A DNA stretch of 64,000 nucleotides from Synechococcus sp. (GCA_047285805.1 JBJBCN010000002.1:1184001-1248000); one strand, 5' to 3'. Counted from the first letter of the stretch, positions 22,054-32,450 are shown. Translations and numbers: made by a program. Notes: generated by a model from the letters alone, not told the origin.

Positions 22054-22659
22054 ATGATCAATCGCAATCGGATCTCCTTGAAACGGACTGCAATCCAGCT
22101 CGCCGCCCTTGCTGGCTGTGGCGCAGCCCTCACCGGCGTTCAGATTGGCTTGAACCCCAAACCAGCTCTGGCGCAAGGGACTCCCAGCATCATGGAATTC
22201 CGCTGGGATAACACCAAGGACTACAGGAAGCTCTACTACTTCACGACGAACACGGTTCGTCAACAGCGTGCTGAATACTATTTTTTGCTTAAACCTAAGG
22301 ATCGCAAAACAGCGATCTTGAAGTTGGCGATTTCGATTCCCAGTAACTTCGACACAACGATTGATCCCGACAAGATCAAGCTCTGCTTCATGAAGTCGGG
22401 GAGCATGACCAAGCGAACCCGCTGCGAAGAGACCATCCCCGCGACGGTGGAGGTCACCACGGATGGGCGCTCGATCGAAATTTTCCCGGACACCCCGGTT
22501 CCGGTAGGCAAGACCATTGGGGTCTATATGAAGGTGATCAACCCACCCAGCGCTGGGATGTTCCAGCTCAATGCACTGGCCCAGGCCCCTGGCGCGGTGC
22601 CGATCTCCGGTTATCTGGGCAGCTGGCTGATCCAGGTGGATGCCACCTCGGATTTCTGA
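22054..22659 (+). CDS. DUF2808-like exported protein
   Basis: Signal peptide, EFRWD, NPPSAGMFQ..YLGSW; typical position upstream of rpmH. Confidence 0.75.
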   Translation: MINRNRISLKRTAIQLAALAGCGAALTGVQIGLNPKPALAQGTPSIMEFRWDNTKDYRKLYYFTTNTVRQQRAEYYFLLKPKDRKTAILKLAISIPSNFDTTIDPDKIKLCFMKSGSMTKRTRCEETIPATVEVTTDGRSIEIFPDTPVPVGKTIGVYMKVINPPSAGMFQLNALAQAPGAVPISGYLGSWLIQVDATSDF

Positions 22660-22716
22660 GTCACCTCGACTGATAAATTCTTGGATTGACGTTGAAGGCG
22701 CAGCCGAGCCGGAGCC

Positions 22717-22854
22717 ATGACCAAGCGCACCCTTGAAGGAACCAGCCGTAAGCGCAAACGGGTGTCCGGTTTCCGTGTTCGTATGCGGACCCACACCGGT
22801 CGTCGCGTGATCCGCTCCCGCCGCAAGCGCGGCCGGGCCCGTCTCGCGGTCTGA
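22717..22854 (+). CDS. rpmH: 50S ribosomal protein L34 (absent from ORF track)
   Basis: [45 protein letters not shown]. Confidence 0.97.
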   Translation: MTKRTLEGTSRKRKRVSGFRVRMRTHTGRRVIRSRRKRGRARLAV

Positions 22855-22930
22855 TCCCCGCCACTCTCTAGAGGGCTTCATCGCGAAGCCAAACATCGCC
22901 CCCTCCGCCAACCCCGCGTAGCCCCAAGCC

Positions 22931-23311
22931 ATGGCGCTCTCTCGGGAACACAGACTGAGGGGGCGTTTTGTCTTTGATCGGATCTACCAAAAAGGTCGCC
23001 GCATCCACGGCCAATGGATGGTCCTGAGAACCCTGCCCGCCGAACCCCAGCTGCTGAAGAGAGATCCCAGGGACCGGCATCCTCTGAGCTGCCGCCTCGG
23101 GGTGGTGGTGAGCAACAAAGTCAGCAAGCGCTCGGTGCAACGCAACCGCCTGAGACGACTGCTGCATGGCCACCTCAGCCGACAAATCGCCCACCAGTGC
23201 GAAGGGTTCTGGCTGCTGATCTCGCTGAAACCCGGCAGCGCAGACGCAGAAGAGCAGGTCCTACTGGGAGAATGTTCAGAACTCCTTGCCAAGGCAGGAC
23301 TGAGACCATGA
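22931..23311 (+). CDS. rnpA: Ribonuclease P protein component
   Basis: HRLR..FDRIY..G, VVVSNKVSKRSVQRNRLRR. Confidence 0.95.
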   Translation: MALSREHRLRGRFVFDRIYQKGRRIHGQWMVLRTLPAEPQLLKRDPRDRHPLSCRLGVVVSNKVSKRSVQRNRLRRLLHGHLSRQIAHQCEGFWLLISLKPGSADAEEQVLLGECSELLAKAGLRP

Positions 23312-23760
23312 GCGCCGCCTCCAAACCCGCTCCCGTGGCCCCGGGGGCCAGCAACAATGAAGAGGTCTTCTATGAAGGCGGTCCGGCCAAAGGTGATCTG
23401 ATCACCAATCTGCTGTTTGGCCTCACTCTGATCGGCATTCCGTTTGCCGTCGGAGCCTTGGTGCGCGCCCTCTGGCTTCGTTTCCGGATCACCAGCCGTC
23501 GTGTGGAAGTGACCGGCGGCTGGCTCGGCCGAGACCGCACCCAGGTGGTCTACAGCCAGATCCGTGAGGTCCGCTCGGTCTCCCGTGGCTTCGGCTTCTG
23601 GGGTGACATGGTCGTGGTCCTCAGCGACGGCATGAAGCTGGAAATGCGCGCCGTTCCTCGCTACCGCGATGCTCAGGCCTTCATCGAGGCCCGACTGAAG
23701 ACCGGTTCCGCCGCCAAGAGCTCTGGCACCGCCGGTTTCGGTGGCGACGCCGCCGCCTGA
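23308..23760 (+). CDS. Bacterial PH-domain protein
   Basis: FYEGGPAKGDL..RFRITSRR..WGDMV; between rnpA and yidC. Confidence 0.85.
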   Translation: MSAASKPAPVAPGASNNEEVFYEGGPAKGDLITNLLFGLTLIGIPFAVGALVRALWLRFRITSRRVEVTGGWLGRDRTQVVYSQIREVRSVSRGFGFWGDMVVVLSDGMKLEMRAVPRYRDAQAFIEARLKTGSAAKSSGTAGFGGDAAA

Positions 23761-23801
23761 GACACTGACTCACACCCCTTAACCCCTCCGTTAGCGACGC
23801 C

Positions 23802-24938
23802 GTGATCGGATACATCTCCGACAACCTGCTGCTGCCAATCCTGGATTTCTTCTACGGATTGGTACCGAGCTACGGGCTCGCGATCATTGCCCTAACAGTG
23901 GTGATTCGCCTTGCTCTCTTCCCCCTGAGCGCAGGCTCGATCCGCAATGCCCGCCGCATGCGGATCGCCCAGCCGGTGATGCAAAAGCGCCAGGCCGAGA
24001 TCAAGGCGAAATACGCCAATAATCCCCAAAAGCAACAGGAAGAGCTGGGTTCCTTGATGAAGGAGTTCGGCAGCCCCCTCTCCGGCTGTCTCCCCCTGCT
24101 GGTGCAGATGCCGATCCTGTTTGCACTGTTTGCCACCCTGCGGGGATCACCGTTCGCCGACGTCCCTTACACCCTGAATTTGAAGGTGTTGCCAGCCGAT
24201 CAGATCGCTGCGGTCGAACCCAAACCCTTCAACAGCGCCAGTCACTCCATCTTTGTGACCAGCACGGATCACGTGCCCGTGATTGCCAGCCTGGAGAAGG
24301 GCACCAAATTGGGCGTAGGGGATACCGAAACCGTCAGCCTGCACACCAAGGACGGCTCTAGCTTCGCCTCAGTTCTGAGCGGCATTGAGAACGGCTACTC
24401 CTTTGCTCCCACCTGGTCAGTCACCAAGGGTGAGGAAGTGGTCAGCGTCGACCAAAACGGTGCCATCCAGGCCATCTCCCCTGGTGACGCCACGGTCGAG
24501 GCCAAGATCCCTGGCATAGCTGCACGCAGTGGGTTCCTCTTCATAAAGGCCCTGGGCCAGGTTGGCTTCTACACCGACGGCGCCATCAACTGGGACATCG
24601 CCATCCTGGTGGGCGGCTTCGGCATCACCCTCTTCCTGAGCCAGATCCTCTCGGGCATGGGCATGCCCGCGAACCCCCAACAGGCCACCGCCAACAAGAT
24701 CACCCCAGTAATGATCACCGGGATGTTCCTGTTCTTCCCCCTGCCCGCAGGGGTGCTGCTCTACATGGTCATCGCCAACGTCTTCCAGGCAATCCAGACC
24801 TTCCTGCTTACCAGAGAGGCCCTGCCGGACAACCTACAGAGCATCCTCGATAAGCAACTCGCCGCCGAGGCCAAAACCGTAACGGCCACTGTCACCGGCA
24901 CCAGCCGCATGCCGTTCGAACCGAAGCGCAAGAAGTAG
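23802..24938 (+). CDS. yidC: Membrane protein insertase YidC
   Basis: [36 protein letters not shown]. Confidence 0.97.
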   Translation: MIGYISDNLLLPILDFFYGLVPSYGLAIIALTVVIRLALFPLSAGSIRNARRMRIAQPVMQKRQAEIKAKYANNPQKQQEELGSLMKEFGSPLSGCLPLLVQMPILFALFATLRGSPFADVPYTLNLKVLPADQIAAVEPKPFNSASHSIFVTSTDHVPVIASLEKGTKLGVGDTETVSLHTKDGSSFASVLSGIENGYSFAPTWSVTKGEEVVSVDQNGAIQAISPGDATVEAKIPGIAARSGFLFIKALGQVGFYTDGAINWDIAILVGGFGITLFLSQILSGMGMPANPQQATANKITPVMITGMFLFFPLPAGVLLYMVIANVFQAIQTFLLTREALPDNLQSILDKQLAAEAKTVTATVTGTSRMPFEPKRKK

Positions 24939-24941
24939 GCC

Positions 24942-25484
24942 ATGGGCGACGGCCTCCAGACCGGAGATCCCCTCCATCCAATGCCGCTCGAGGAGCTCCA
25001 GCTTCTTGAGCGGGGCAAACACTGGACTATCGATCAACGACTCAGTGACCTCGACAGCCTCCCCCCCGTCCGCGGTCACCTGCACGCGCTCCATCGTGGC
25101 AATGTTCTGGAGTTGGATGGCGAAGCCAACACCATCGTCACCCTCTGCTGTGACCGCTGCCTGCAGCAGTTCAACCATCCCCTGAGCTTTCAAACCCGCG
25201 AGGTCCTCTGGCTCGGGGAACAGGCAAGAGAGCAGGGAATGGATCTAGAGAGCGTCCTTGAAGCCGGTAGTGAGGTCATCGACCTCGATCCTGATGCACT
25301 CACCGAAAGCATGGATCCCCGGGCGGATTTCGATCCCGAGCATTGGGTCTTTGAACAACTCAATCTCCAGCTGCCAGTAGTCAATCGCTGCGGAGCTGAC
25401 TGCCCTGGTCCCAAGCTGAAGGCCGAGCCCGGTGATGAACCGATGGATCCCCGCTGGGCGGCCTTGAAGAAACTGAACCCATGA
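24942..25484 (+). CDS. DUF177/YceD family protein
   Basis: CDRCL, C-terminal DPRWAAL. Confidence 0.9.
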   Translation: MGDGLQTGDPLHPMPLEELQLLERGKHWTIDQRLSDLDSLPPVRGHLHALHRGNVLELDGEANTIVTLCCDRCLQQFNHPLSFQTREVLWLGEQAREQGMDLESVLEAGSEVIDLDPDALTESMDPRADFDPEHWVFEQLNLQLPVVNRCGADCPGPKLKAEPGDEPMDPRWAALKKLNP

Positions 25485-26968
25485 GTCAAGCCTGGGCAGA
25501 CCACCTCGATCTGCTGATCCGGGCCCGGACGCCGATCCTCTGGATCCGCAGCCAAGAGGAAGAACGCATCGCGAACCTGCTCGCTGAAACGGCAAAACGC
25601 CTCGATCAACGGTCCCTGGCCCGCTGGGATTACATCAGTGGCTTGAGGGGATGGGCCGGCCGCGATGCGGAGGCCGCCCGCAATCCGTTAGCGGCCCTGG
25701 AAAGCCTCAGCGCCTTGCCGGCCGAACAACCCGCGCTGTTGGTGCTCCACGATTTCCATCGCTACGCCGACGACAGCAGCATCTGCCGCAAGCTTCGCAA
25801 CCTGGCCTCGAGCCTGCGCCAACGGCCGCAAACCCTTGTGATCACAGCCGCGGAGTGGCAACTCCCCCTGGAACTGGAGGAGTGCATCACCCTGTTGGAT
25901 CTTCCGCTGCCCAACCAACAGGAGATCCAAGCCTTGCTGGGGAACATCGCCCAGGCCAGCGGACAGGCCATCGGAGCGGAGCTACTGGAGCAACTGACAC
26001 ACAGCTGCAGTGGTCTCAGTGAGCAGCGGATCCGGCAGGTAGCCGCCAGGGGCCTCGCCAGTCGAGGCCAGCTGGGCAGTGCGGACCTCGACGAGGTACT
26101 AGAGGAAAAACGCCAAGCGATTGCCCGCAGCGAACTGCTCGAATATTGCCCGACCGAAGCCACCCCAGCGGACATCGGCGGACTCGATGCCCTGAAGCGC
26201 TGGCTCGAGCAACGCCATATGGCCTTCAGCGACGAGGCGCGCCGCTACGGCCTGCCACTGCCGCGGGGGGTGTTGCTGGTGGGCCCCCAGGGCACGGGTA
26301 AATCCCTGACCGCCAAGGCCATCGCCCACAGCTGGAGCATGCCGCTGCTGCGCCTGGATGTCGGACGGCTGTTTGCCGGCCTAGTGGGTGCCTCAGAGGC
26401 GCGAACCAGGGACATGATTCAACGGGCCGAGGCCATGGCCCCCTGCGTGCTCTGGATTGACGAGATCGACAAGGGCTTTGGCAGTGCCGATGGCCGCAGT
26501 GATGGGGGAACCAGCCAACGGGTGTTGGCGAGTTTGTTGACCTGGATGGCGGAGAAGAGCAGCGCCGTCTTTGTCGTCGCAACCGCGAATGGTGTGGAGA
26601 AACTGCCCGCAGAGCTGCTGCGCAAAGGCCGCTTTGATGAGATTTTTCTGCTTGATCTACCCGACGCCCAAGAACGGCGAACGATCCTTGATTTGCAACT
26701 GAGGCGCCGGCGGCCGAATCATCAGATCCCCCTCGATGTTGTCGTGGATCGCACCCAGGGGTTCTCGGGAGCAGAGCTCGAGCAGGTGGTCATCGAGGCG
26801 ATGCACCAGGCCTTCAGCGAATCCCGTGAATTCGGCGAGGCTGATCTCAGCAGTGCGGCCGCCCAACTGGTGCCCTTGTCCCGCACCGCGCGCGAACAAT
26901 TGGAGCAACTGCAGCAATGGGCCAGCAGCGGCCGGGCCCGCCCTGCTTCTACACATTGCGGCGGGTAA
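25481..26968 (+). CDS. ycf46: Ycf46-like AAA ATPase
   Basis: IGGLDALKRWL, GPQGTGKS, WIDEIDK, ELLRKGRFDEIF. Confidence 0.9.
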   Translation: MSQAWADHLDLLIRARTPILWIRSQEEERIANLLAETAKRLDQRSLARWDYISGLRGWAGRDAEAARNPLAALESLSALPAEQPALLVLHDFHRYADDSSICRKLRNLASSLRQRPQTLVITAAEWQLPLELEECITLLDLPLPNQQEIQALLGNIAQASGQAIGAELLEQLTHSCSGLSEQRIRQVAARGLASRGQLGSADLDEVLEEKRQAIARSELLEYCPTEATPADIGGLDALKRWLEQRHMAFSDEARRYGLPLPRGVLLVGPQGTGKSLTAKAIAHSWSMPLLRLDVGRLFAGLVGASEARTRDMIQRAEAMAPCVLWIDEIDKGFGSADGRSDGGTSQRVLASLLTWMAEKSSAVFVVATANGVEKLPAELLRKGRFDEIFLLDLPDAQERRTILDLQLRRRRPNHQIPLDVVVDRTQGFSGAELEQVVIEAMHQAFSESREFGEADLSSAAAQLVPLSRTAREQLEQLQQWASSGRARPASTHCGG

Positions 26969-27046
26969 AGAAGACCAACGCCAGGTAAAGAAGCCCGCTG
27001 ATCGTTCGCGTTGGCTTAGAGGGTCGCAGCAAGCTGCATTGAAAGC

Positions 27047-27220
27047 ATGGAAGCCGCGATGGATCAACGCCCTGCCCTCGCCACACAACTCCTGGTTGCT
27101 GGCCTCGGCGCTGGTGTCATCACCAGCTACGCGGTCGCCCAGGGACAGAATCCCCTGACCGCCCTGAGCATTACGGTGTTCTCAGCCTTGGCGGCCGTGA
27201 TGGTCGGCCAGGTCCTCTAA
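27047..27220 (+). CDS. Small hydrophobic hypothetical protein (57 aa)
   Basis: MEAAMDQRPALATQLLVAGLGAGVITSYAVAQGQNPLTALSITVFSALAAVMVGQVL*; host-like codons. Confidence 0.7.
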   Translation: MEAAMDQRPALATQLLVAGLGAGVITSYAVAQGQNPLTALSITVFSALAAVMVGQVL

Positions 27221-27240
27221 ACCCGTGACCACTTTCTGCC

Positions 27241-27465
27241 ATGCCCGCAGACACGCTCTCGATCAGTCAGCGTGAAAGCCTGATCGACGCCCTGCGTTCC
27301 TGCCGCAGCACCGAAGAACGCTTGGCGTTTGCCAGGGACTACGCCAAAACCGGTCGCGAACCCCTTTGGGAGTTGATCTGCGACCTCTTGATCAGCCGCT
27401 CCATTTCCCGGGCCTTGGCGGCCCACTGGCTGAAAGACCTGATTGAAGAGGGACAAACCTCTTAG
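27241..27465 (+). CDS. Small hypothetical protein
   Basis: 74-aa ORF, host-like codons (PLWELICDLLISRSISRALAAHWLKDL). Confidence 0.7.
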   Translation: MPADTLSISQRESLIDALRSCRSTEERLAFARDYAKTGREPLWELICDLLISRSISRALAAHWLKDLIEEGQTS

Positions 27466-27623
27466 CGGGAGGTCCGCTCGGCATCCGCCTTGATCGAAGC
27501 CTCAAGCTGACGCCGCTTGTCTTCGATCAGATGGGCACTGCTGACAAAGGCACAGGCCGTATGACCATCTTTCGTGATGCAAACCTTGTAACCGAGGCCA
27601 TCGGTTGTGGGTTCAAAGTCCAT
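27462..27623 (-). CDS. Small hypothetical protein (53 aa)
   Basis: MDFEPTTDGLGYKVCITKDGHTACAFVSSAHLIEDKRRQLEASIKADAERTSR*; resembles, from memory, small picocyanobacterial/cyanophage proteins. Confidence 0.6.
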   Translation of the reverse strand: MDFEPTTDGLGYKVCITKDGHTACAFVSSAHLIEDKRRQLEASIKADAERTSR

Positions 27624-27823
27624 CAGATGCTTGCCGTTACGCCATTAGAGCTCGCAGGCTCGAAACCAACAAGGGATTGTCACCACTAGTGTTCAAGCCC
27701 GCAACGCAGAAGATAGTTATGGACGGACGGCTTGTGGTGATCGGGTTACTGCTCGTCTTTGCAGGCTTGTACGTCTCGGTTTACTTCGTTACCCAGGGCA
27801 TCACCCCTCCCGGCTGAAGCGAA

Positions 27824-28021
27824 ATGATTGGCCCCAGTGCAAGGTCCTGGCGCAGTTTCGCGATCAAGATTGGCCTTTTTTGGATCGCAAAGTTGTGGAT
27901 CTGCCAGGTCGATGTCACACGGCCGATCTGCGATGTTGTGGAGCGCGGCTTTCTCCCCTGCCTGCTGACATTTGCCGTGATGGATTTCCTGATCTTGCCC
28001 TGGCTTCGACGCAAGCGCTAG
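27824..28021 (+). CDS. Small membrane hypothetical protein
   Basis: 65 aa, two hydrophobic segments, basic C-terminus. Confidence 0.5.
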   Translation: MIGPSARSWRSFAIKIGLFWIAKLWICQVDVTRPICDVVERGFLPCLLTFAVMDFLILPWLRRKR

Positions 28022-28080
28022 CAAGTGCTGAAACAGGCAGCTAAAACAAAAGAGCGACCCCAACTCAGACCCGCGACTGC

Positions 28081-28311
28081 ATGTTCAAGATCTATCGGAA
28101 GGTCTCTGAATTTCTGGCTCGCTTTCTGACGGTTGGTCATCCCCTACGGATTCCAGCGCTGCTGGTCTCGCTGTTGTTTTTCTGCTTGGCCACCACCTGG
28201 ACTTTTTGGGCAACCTGGGGGGTTTTGAGCGGCTTGCTGGGCCTCTCAAATGTGATCGGAATCAGTGCCGGCGTGGGAATGAACATCGCAGTCCTCAAGT
28301 TGCCCGCTTAG
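28081..28311 (+). CDS. Small membrane hypothetical protein
   Basis: 76 aa, two hydrophobic segments. Confidence 0.5.
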   Translation: MFKIYRKVSEFLARFLTVGHPLRIPALLVSLLFFCLATTWTFWATWGVLSGLLGLSNVIGISAGVGMNIAVLKLPA

Positions 28312-28481
28312 AGACGGCCAAAACGGAGATAGGCCAGGTAACAGATCAGGGTTAAGGCCAAGACCTGGGCCAGAGAGGGCACCAGCAAGCAGCCAACAAG
28401 TACCCCAAGCGTGAGCAAGACGATAGTCCCGGGCCGCTCGGGGTTGAGCGACTTCAAGGGCCCTCCGCGAAACGGTTTCAT
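28308..28481 (-). CDS. Small membrane hypothetical protein (57 aa)
   Basis: MKPFRGGPLKSLNPERPGTIVLLTLGVLVGCLLVPSLAQVLALTLICYLAYLRFGRL*. Confidence 0.45.
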   Translation of the reverse strand: MKPFRGGPLKSLNPERPGTIVLLTLGVLVGCLLVPSLAQVLALTLICYLAYLRFGRL

Positions 28482-28577
28482 CGGGGGAGTGCGGCTACAC
28501 CCCTTATCCAGCAGAAGCGAGGGTCCGACCAGGGGAAGAAATGCTGATGAAATGTTTGACTTGACATCAGCGAGGCA

Positions 28578-28811
28578 TTGGCTTGGATCGTCATTAACAG
28601 GGCGGAGCTGATGGACGGCTACTGGTATCAGTTCAACAACGGCGATCTGCTCTGCTCAGCGATCCATCCCTCCGAAGTGGATTGCCAGCCGGCGACGGCA
28701 CGTCAAGGGGAAATCACTTATCAGGTCTTCAGCAGTCGTGAACGCTTCCGGTTGCTCCGGCTGCATCGCCAGAGGGGCACACCATCGATGGACCTCAATC
28801 AATGCGCCTAA
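28578..28811 (+). CDS. Hypothetical protein
   Basis: 77-aa ORF with plausible composition. Confidence 0.4.
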   Translation: MAWIVINRAELMDGYWYQFNNGDLLCSAIHPSEVDCQPATARQGEITYQVFSSRERFRLLRLHRQRGTPSMDLNQCA

Positions 28812-28993
28812 TGCGCACCATGACAGCCACGGGCAGGGCCGTGCGCTGCATCACCTTGATCGGGCTGTTCGCCTGGATGATCAAGTATCAACCGAGGAGA
28901 CCAAAAACCAGCGAAAGTGGACTTCCGTTCTCCGGCATGGGCTCACCTAGGCCGGGCATGCGCCGCTTGGGGTACTGAAAGGAAACCAATCGA

Positions 28994-29042
28994 ATGTTTC
29001 GCGACATCTGCCCAGCCCTTACCAAGGAGCCTCTTTCAACTA
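28994..29042 (+). repeat. attL: stranded native-looking 5' end of the aminotransferase gene (MFRDICPAL...)
   Basis: ATGTTTCGCGACATCTGCCCAGCCCTT...TTCAACTA; shares TGCCCAGC and TTCAACTA with 36899-36933; AAGGA upstream. Confidence 0.8.
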
Positions 29043-29762
29043 GAAACACAAGCCCCAAGAAGCCAGTTTTTGCAATAGGTTAAAAACCGAAGAGGCACCG
29101 GCCGTACAACACTTCTACCAACGCGATAGCAGGTGACCGCTGAGGAGATTGTTGAGAAAAGCCCTAGGAGCAGCAGCGGCAGAAGCAACGAATCACGAGA
29201 GAGCATCCAACAGAAGGGCGCCACTGGGGCTTCTGAAGTCGCTGGGGGGCACTAGAAGGGGCTTCTGAATTCTTCCCGAAACTACGAGCATCACTCAGCT
29301 GGGTCTATCGGGGCATGAGTAGCTGAAGAACTTGAATGAGGCCCGCACTTGAACTAGGCCCGCGGTCCTCAGCTCTATTTGAAAACGATCAAGCGGTCAA
29401 AAAAGCACATCACCGCTGAAGCCGCTGCCAGATCATTTGTTCACGACCTCCGGGTCGAGCAAGGGGTGGGGGTGGGGGAATCGCTAAAACCCTTCTTGTC
29501 TGCTTGGTCGGCTACTTGACTGAATCAGTTGGAGCTGTTGCCATTTCTGCTGCTGCTGGCCGAGGCGAGATCACGTCTCGACTTACTAGAAGTCGCCTAA
29601 AGACAACTAAACGCTCAAGCCATCAGTAGCGACATTTTCAACCAAATACCAATGCAAAATCAAACCGATCTTTGCATTATAAATCACATCATTCGTTCCG
29701 CGAGCGATGCTTCAAATATGTCACAGTGATGCGTGGCGAGCAAAGGAAGCTTCATGCTTTGC

Positions 29763-30539
29763 CTAAGCCTTAATTCGTCGAGTGGGAGGTTTGAGAATCG
29801 GAAGAGAACGCTTCTTGAAGATCAGATCAAAGTAAACACCGGCATTGGCAGTATTTCCCTCCACTATCATTGTGTAACCAGCTTTCTCAAAAAAGCGACT
29901 AATCTCTTGGCATGGCTGTCGCGATACCGTTATGGACCTATTCTTTGTATCAACACGATTTGGCGGAGACACAATCACTGGCGGCAGAAGTTCGTAGCCA
30001 TAATTAGTTAATAGAGAAAAAACCTCCGTAACTGTTGGAGACCAGTGATAAGCGCTAAAGTCCGGACAGGAAACTCTTATGAAGTCAAAGTTGTCGAGAA
30101 TATCCACGCTCTCACTAAGGATTAAATACTCAGATCCGCAGGTGTCGAGCACTAAATAGTTATATTTCTGCAGGTCAACCTGATTTTTGTCTGCAAAATC
30201 ACGTAGCGTCAATGCGTCAACTTCAATCATTTCACCTTGCTGTGCATCTGCAAAAACATTGGTTATCTGGTCAAAGCCAAACTTGGATGAATATCGTGGG
30301 TTATCAGTTGACGGAAAAAAACAATCCTTTTGGGTTTTGTCTGAAATGAATGCGTGATGAAATCTATGGATTGCCACATCCGCAGACAAATTCCTCAAGT
30401 TATCTACAGATTGACGATTGGCATCAATCCAAATGCATGGAACATCAATAGAGGAGTACAAATTCCTTTCCGGGGCATCACCTGCACCAATATGAATGGC
30501 GCCATTCACTCCAACTGGCACAAAATCAGCGTACATCAA
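29763..30539 (-). CDS. FkbM-like SAM-dependent methyltransferase
   Basis: GAIHIGAG..E, WIDAN, YNYLVLDTCGSEYLIL. Confidence 0.7.
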   Translation of the reverse strand: MMYADFVPVGVNGAIHIGAGDAPERNLYSSIDVPCIWIDANRQSVDNLRNLSADVAIHRFHHAFISDKTQKDCFFPSTDNPRYSSKFGFDQITNVFADAQQGEMIEVDALTLRDFADKNQVDLQKYNYLVLDTCGSEYLILSESVDILDNFDFIRVSCPDFSAYHWSPTVTEVFSLLTNYGYELLPPVIVSPPNRVDTKNRSITVSRQPCQEISRFFEKAGYTMIVEGNTANAGVYFDLIFKKRSLPILKPPTRRIKA

Positions 30540-30662
30540 AAAACATGTTTTTATAGATTATCACTGCTTGCCATTGGGTTGTCAAGGCCCTTAAGAGGAG
30601 CCTTATGTAGGCAGATTGATTAGCCATTCAGCTCAAGATGCTGAACCTCAAGAACCTTTCCC

Positions 30663-31295
30663 TTAATTTAATGAATGTGTTGTGAAGCACCACTGCAGAA
30701 AGCTTTGAATAATGCTGACCTGTGAAAGATCAATACAGTGTCCACCCTTGAATCGCGAAAGAAGGGCCACATTCTTTCTTGAACGAAAGCGTGCGAAAAG
30801 CTCCATCCCTTTGTGAAATGGAACTACCGTGTCATTAAGTCCGTGAATAAACAATGTGGGTGGCATCTTCTGCGGAATCTCGACTTCGTCAAGAGGATAT
30901 CCACTACATATACATAATCCAGCTAGCGGTAGATCTATTGCAGCCTTGCAAGCTATTGCTGCGCCCTGCGAAAAACCCAGTAGCACTGTTTTCTCAAGAG
31001 CTATCTCGACACTCATTCGTCGGAGGTCTTCTTTCAACAAATTGCAGTCATATTGATTGGAATCACCTCCGACTTCATACCATTGATACCCTTTTCCATT
31101 GGGACTTTTGCTTGGTGCCCGAAGAGACAAGACGTTGAATTTGATATTTAGGTGAGACAAGCAAAATCTATAGAGATCGTTTTCATCAGTACCTGAACCA
31201 TGGAGTAGCACAAGGCGCTTGCCTGAATCATGGTTCTTACTCAATCTACAGACATGCTTTAGTGTTGATCCAGAAGAATCAAATGTCATCCCCAT
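30663..31295 (-). CDS. Phospholipase/carboxylesterase (alpha/beta hydrolase)
   Basis: LLHGSG, GFSQGA, HGLNDTVVP, GGH catalytic-triad motifs. Confidence 0.88.
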   Translation of the reverse strand: MGMTFDSSGSTLKHVCRLSKNHDSGKRLVLLHGSGTDENDLYRFCLSHLNIKFNVLSLRAPSKSPNGKGYQWYEVGGDSNQYDCNLLKEDLRRMSVEIALEKTVLLGFSQGAAIACKAAIDLPLAGLCICSGYPLDEVEIPQKMPPTLFIHGLNDTVVPFHKGMELFARFRSRKNVALLSRFKGGHCIDLSQVSIIQSFLQWCFTTHSLN

Positions 31296-31386
31296 TTTGC
31301 CAACCCATTAGAATTAAAGCAATTCTCAGCTCAAACATCAATCCTCGGGCGCTCGACGGTGAAATAACTATAGATTCTAACTTAAA

Positions 31387-31707
31387 CTAAAAGAAATACC
31401 TTCGCCATGATTCCCAGGCAGATACTCGCAACCTAGTGTCGGAACCGCGGGGGCCCCTGCGTAGCTTTTTGGTATCTCGCTCATATTCCTTTTCTTTTTT
31501 CTTGATAGAAAGTATTCTGGCAGACTGCTCTAGATTGCGGTATCTTATTTGTTCAGCACTTAATTGTGTCTGAGCTTTTTGATCTGTCGATAAATGTATC
31601 TTTTTGGATTCTGGCTTTGCTGTCCATCGTCGCATTAGGCGACTGACATTGCGAGCCAAGACATAAGCGAGTACAACGCCAAGGGTAAGAGAGAGCAAAG
31701 ATATCAT
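31387..31707 (-). CDS. Hypothetical protein with N-terminal TM anchor
   Basis: 106-aa ORF, hydrophobic N-terminus, basic C-terminus. Confidence 0.55.
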   Translation of the reverse strand: MISLLSLTLGVVLAYVLARNVSRLMRRWTAKPESKKIHLSTDQKAQTQLSAEQIRYRNLEQSARILSIKKKEKEYERDTKKLRRGPRGSDTRLRVSAWESWRRYFF

Positions 31708-31976
31708 TCGCCTTAAGGTGTATTGCTACAATTCTACCTGCCCAGTCTGGTTTGTGAGGTCATGCATGCATGTTGCCAGGTGGCTGTGTTCTCTAGCGGA
31801 CTATTCGAAGCCTGAGAGGGGGCCAAGAGACATCTAGTTTCCTTATGGCTCTATGAGGTGGCTTTGGTAATTTGCGGCGGGAAGTTGTGGCGTATGTGGC
31901 TGGAGACCCAGTTGTGCGATGCAAGGCCTTGAGCTGGGTTCGCGAAGATCGATCCAATTGGACGTTGCTGATCCCC

Positions 31977-32450
31977 ATGGCGAGGTTCGTCATCCTTATG
32001 GTCTTGGCCCTAGTGGGCTGCTCCGGTCAGGCCAACGCACTAGCCAGCGTGGTGATTGCCTCCTGCTACGAAGGCGACAAATGCAGCACGACCGAAGGGG
32101 AGAGCGTTGGGCTGGCCTGTATCGAAACCCCGAAGCTGAGTGGCCGCAATGCTGGTCTCTTGCCGGCCAAGGCTGCTGGCGACTATCTCCACAGCAGGGT
32201 GGTCGGAAAGGAGTTCTTGATTCGCCGTGTCAACACTGACCGCTATGGCAGGACTGTGGACGATCTCTACCTGAAGCCCTTTGAGTCGGTTGGGCTAGGT
32301 CTGGTACGCAGTGGCCATGCGGTCATTTATCGGCGCTTCGCCAAGCAGGGTCCTTGGGTCAACGAACTTGTAGTCGACGTAGTCCCACAGCAGCATGATC
32401 TGACCAACGATGGCGTGCAGCCTGAGCAAGAGGACGCTCACTCTAACTAA
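31977..32450 (+). CDS. Thermonuclease (SNase)-family protein, catalytically degenerate
   Basis: SCYEGDKC..VGLACIETPKL..DRYGRTV..LVRSGHA. Confidence 0.7.
   Translation: MARFVILMVLALVGCSGQANALASVVIASCYEGDKCSTTEGESVGLACIETPKLSGRNAGLLPAKAAGDYLHSRVVGKEFLIRRVNTDRYGRTVDDLYLKPFESVGLGLVRSGHAVIYRRFAKQGPWVNELVVDVVPQQHDLTNDGVQPEQEDAHSN

Noticed and set aside
29036..29224. 62-aa minus-strand ORF at the left end of element 1
   Set aside because: It overlaps attL and the arm-site region and has no recognisable features.
30534..30547. Phase variation by the T7 run at the FkbM-like gene start
   Set aside because: An in-frame ATG lies downstream of the run, so slippage need not alter the protein, and the run is short.
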